NCBI GenBank assembly: GCA_016872225.1
Contig: VHAW01000001.1
Span: 1-34,405 of the forward strand
Length of the DNA: 34,405 nucleotides
Direction: 5' to 3'
DNA from: Sphingomonadales bacterium
GTDB lineage: Bacteria > Bacteroidota > Bacteroidia > UBA7662
Shown here: positions 34,218-34,405 of the stretch, piece after piece
Position numbering within the stretch: the first letter of the stretch is position 1
How the letters are laid out: the number at the start of each line of letters is the position of its first letter
The notes under the pieces: generated by a model
Told to the model about the DNA's origin: nothing
What the model saw: the letters and a program-made list of their open reading frames with translations, nothing else
Database searches by the model: none
Made by a program: the position numbers and the translations under genes

Positions 34218-34405
34218 CTAGCGCTTCACCAACCGGTGCCAAGAAGGATTACCTTTTGGATCCATTAACTGTAGCAAATAGATTCCAGAGGGCCATGCTT
34301 GGCATGCTAAATTCAGGGCAACTCCTGTTCCTTCAGGCTGGTATACCCCCTGCGCGAACATGCGACCGTTAAGGTCCGTTATCCGCCATTGCGCGTCTTG
34401 GTTCA
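34218..34405 (-). CDS. C-terminal end of a T9SS cargo protein (type A sorting domain); 5' part lies outside the window
   Basis: My minus-strand translation is ...NQDAQWRITDLNGRMFAQGVYQPEGTGVALNLACQAWPSGIYLLQLMDPKGNPSWHRLVKR*. This matches the T9SS CTD pattern (D..GR......L..L..G.Y.....). Confidence 0.7.
   Translation of the reverse strand, partial: NQDAQWRITDLNGRMFAQGVYQPEGTGVALNLACQAWPSGIYLLQLMDPKGNPSWHRLVKR

Noticed and set aside
1-34405. I looked for CRISPR arrays, tandem repeats, transposases, toxin-antitoxin pairs and known defence-system genes.
   Set aside because: None was recognised when reading the ORF translations and intergenic regions. This is a visual scan, not a computed repeat or HMM search, so short or degenerate elements could have been missed.

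Overview
The window looks like an ordinary chromosomal segment of a Bacteroidota-type genome. Supporting signs are type IX secretion (T9SS) C-terminal sorting domains, a PorQ-like protein, TAnnTTTG-type -7 boxes and tightly packed genes with overlapping stop/start codons. By eye it is roughly 50% GC. I support about 33 protein genes, one tRNA-Pro(GGG), one decayed glycoside-hydrolase pseudogene and a few regulatory signals. I saw no rRNA, CRISPR array, transposase, integrase or recognisable defence genes. Housekeeping content: rpsU (partial), acyl-CoA dehydrogenase, an NSS/SNF transporter with a probable unlisted small subunit, an RmlD-like reductase, oligopeptidase B, a TrmH-family methyltransferase, a BamA/TamA-family OMP, rplU-rpmA, fabH, a SAM methyltransferase, a PAP2 phosphatase, a ZIP transporter, an SDR reductase and a LuxE-like adenylating enzyme. 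The unusual part is 7.6-17.2 kb. It holds three adjacent secreted proteins with unrelated N-terminal heads: an M43 metalloprotease, a Reeler-like CxxCH domain protein and an endonuclease I. All three carry the same ~155-aa CarboxypepD_reg-like plus dockerin-like module. Two of them continue into a cohesin-like segment and a T9SS sorting domain; the nuclease stops right after the dockerin-like part. The minus-strand genes continue through overlapping stop/start codons into a membrane fatty-acid hydroxylase, a TIGR00266/AIM24-family protein and a secreted NucA-family nuclease with a Cys/His-rich tail. A third secreted nuclease-fold protein (EEP family), a ComEA-like HhH protein and an uncharacterised two-gene cassette (small beta-rich protein plus a ~670-aa protein with a degenerate HhH region) give the window an extracellular-DNA theme. 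That theme is inference only. All calls come from reading the translations. No database search was run.
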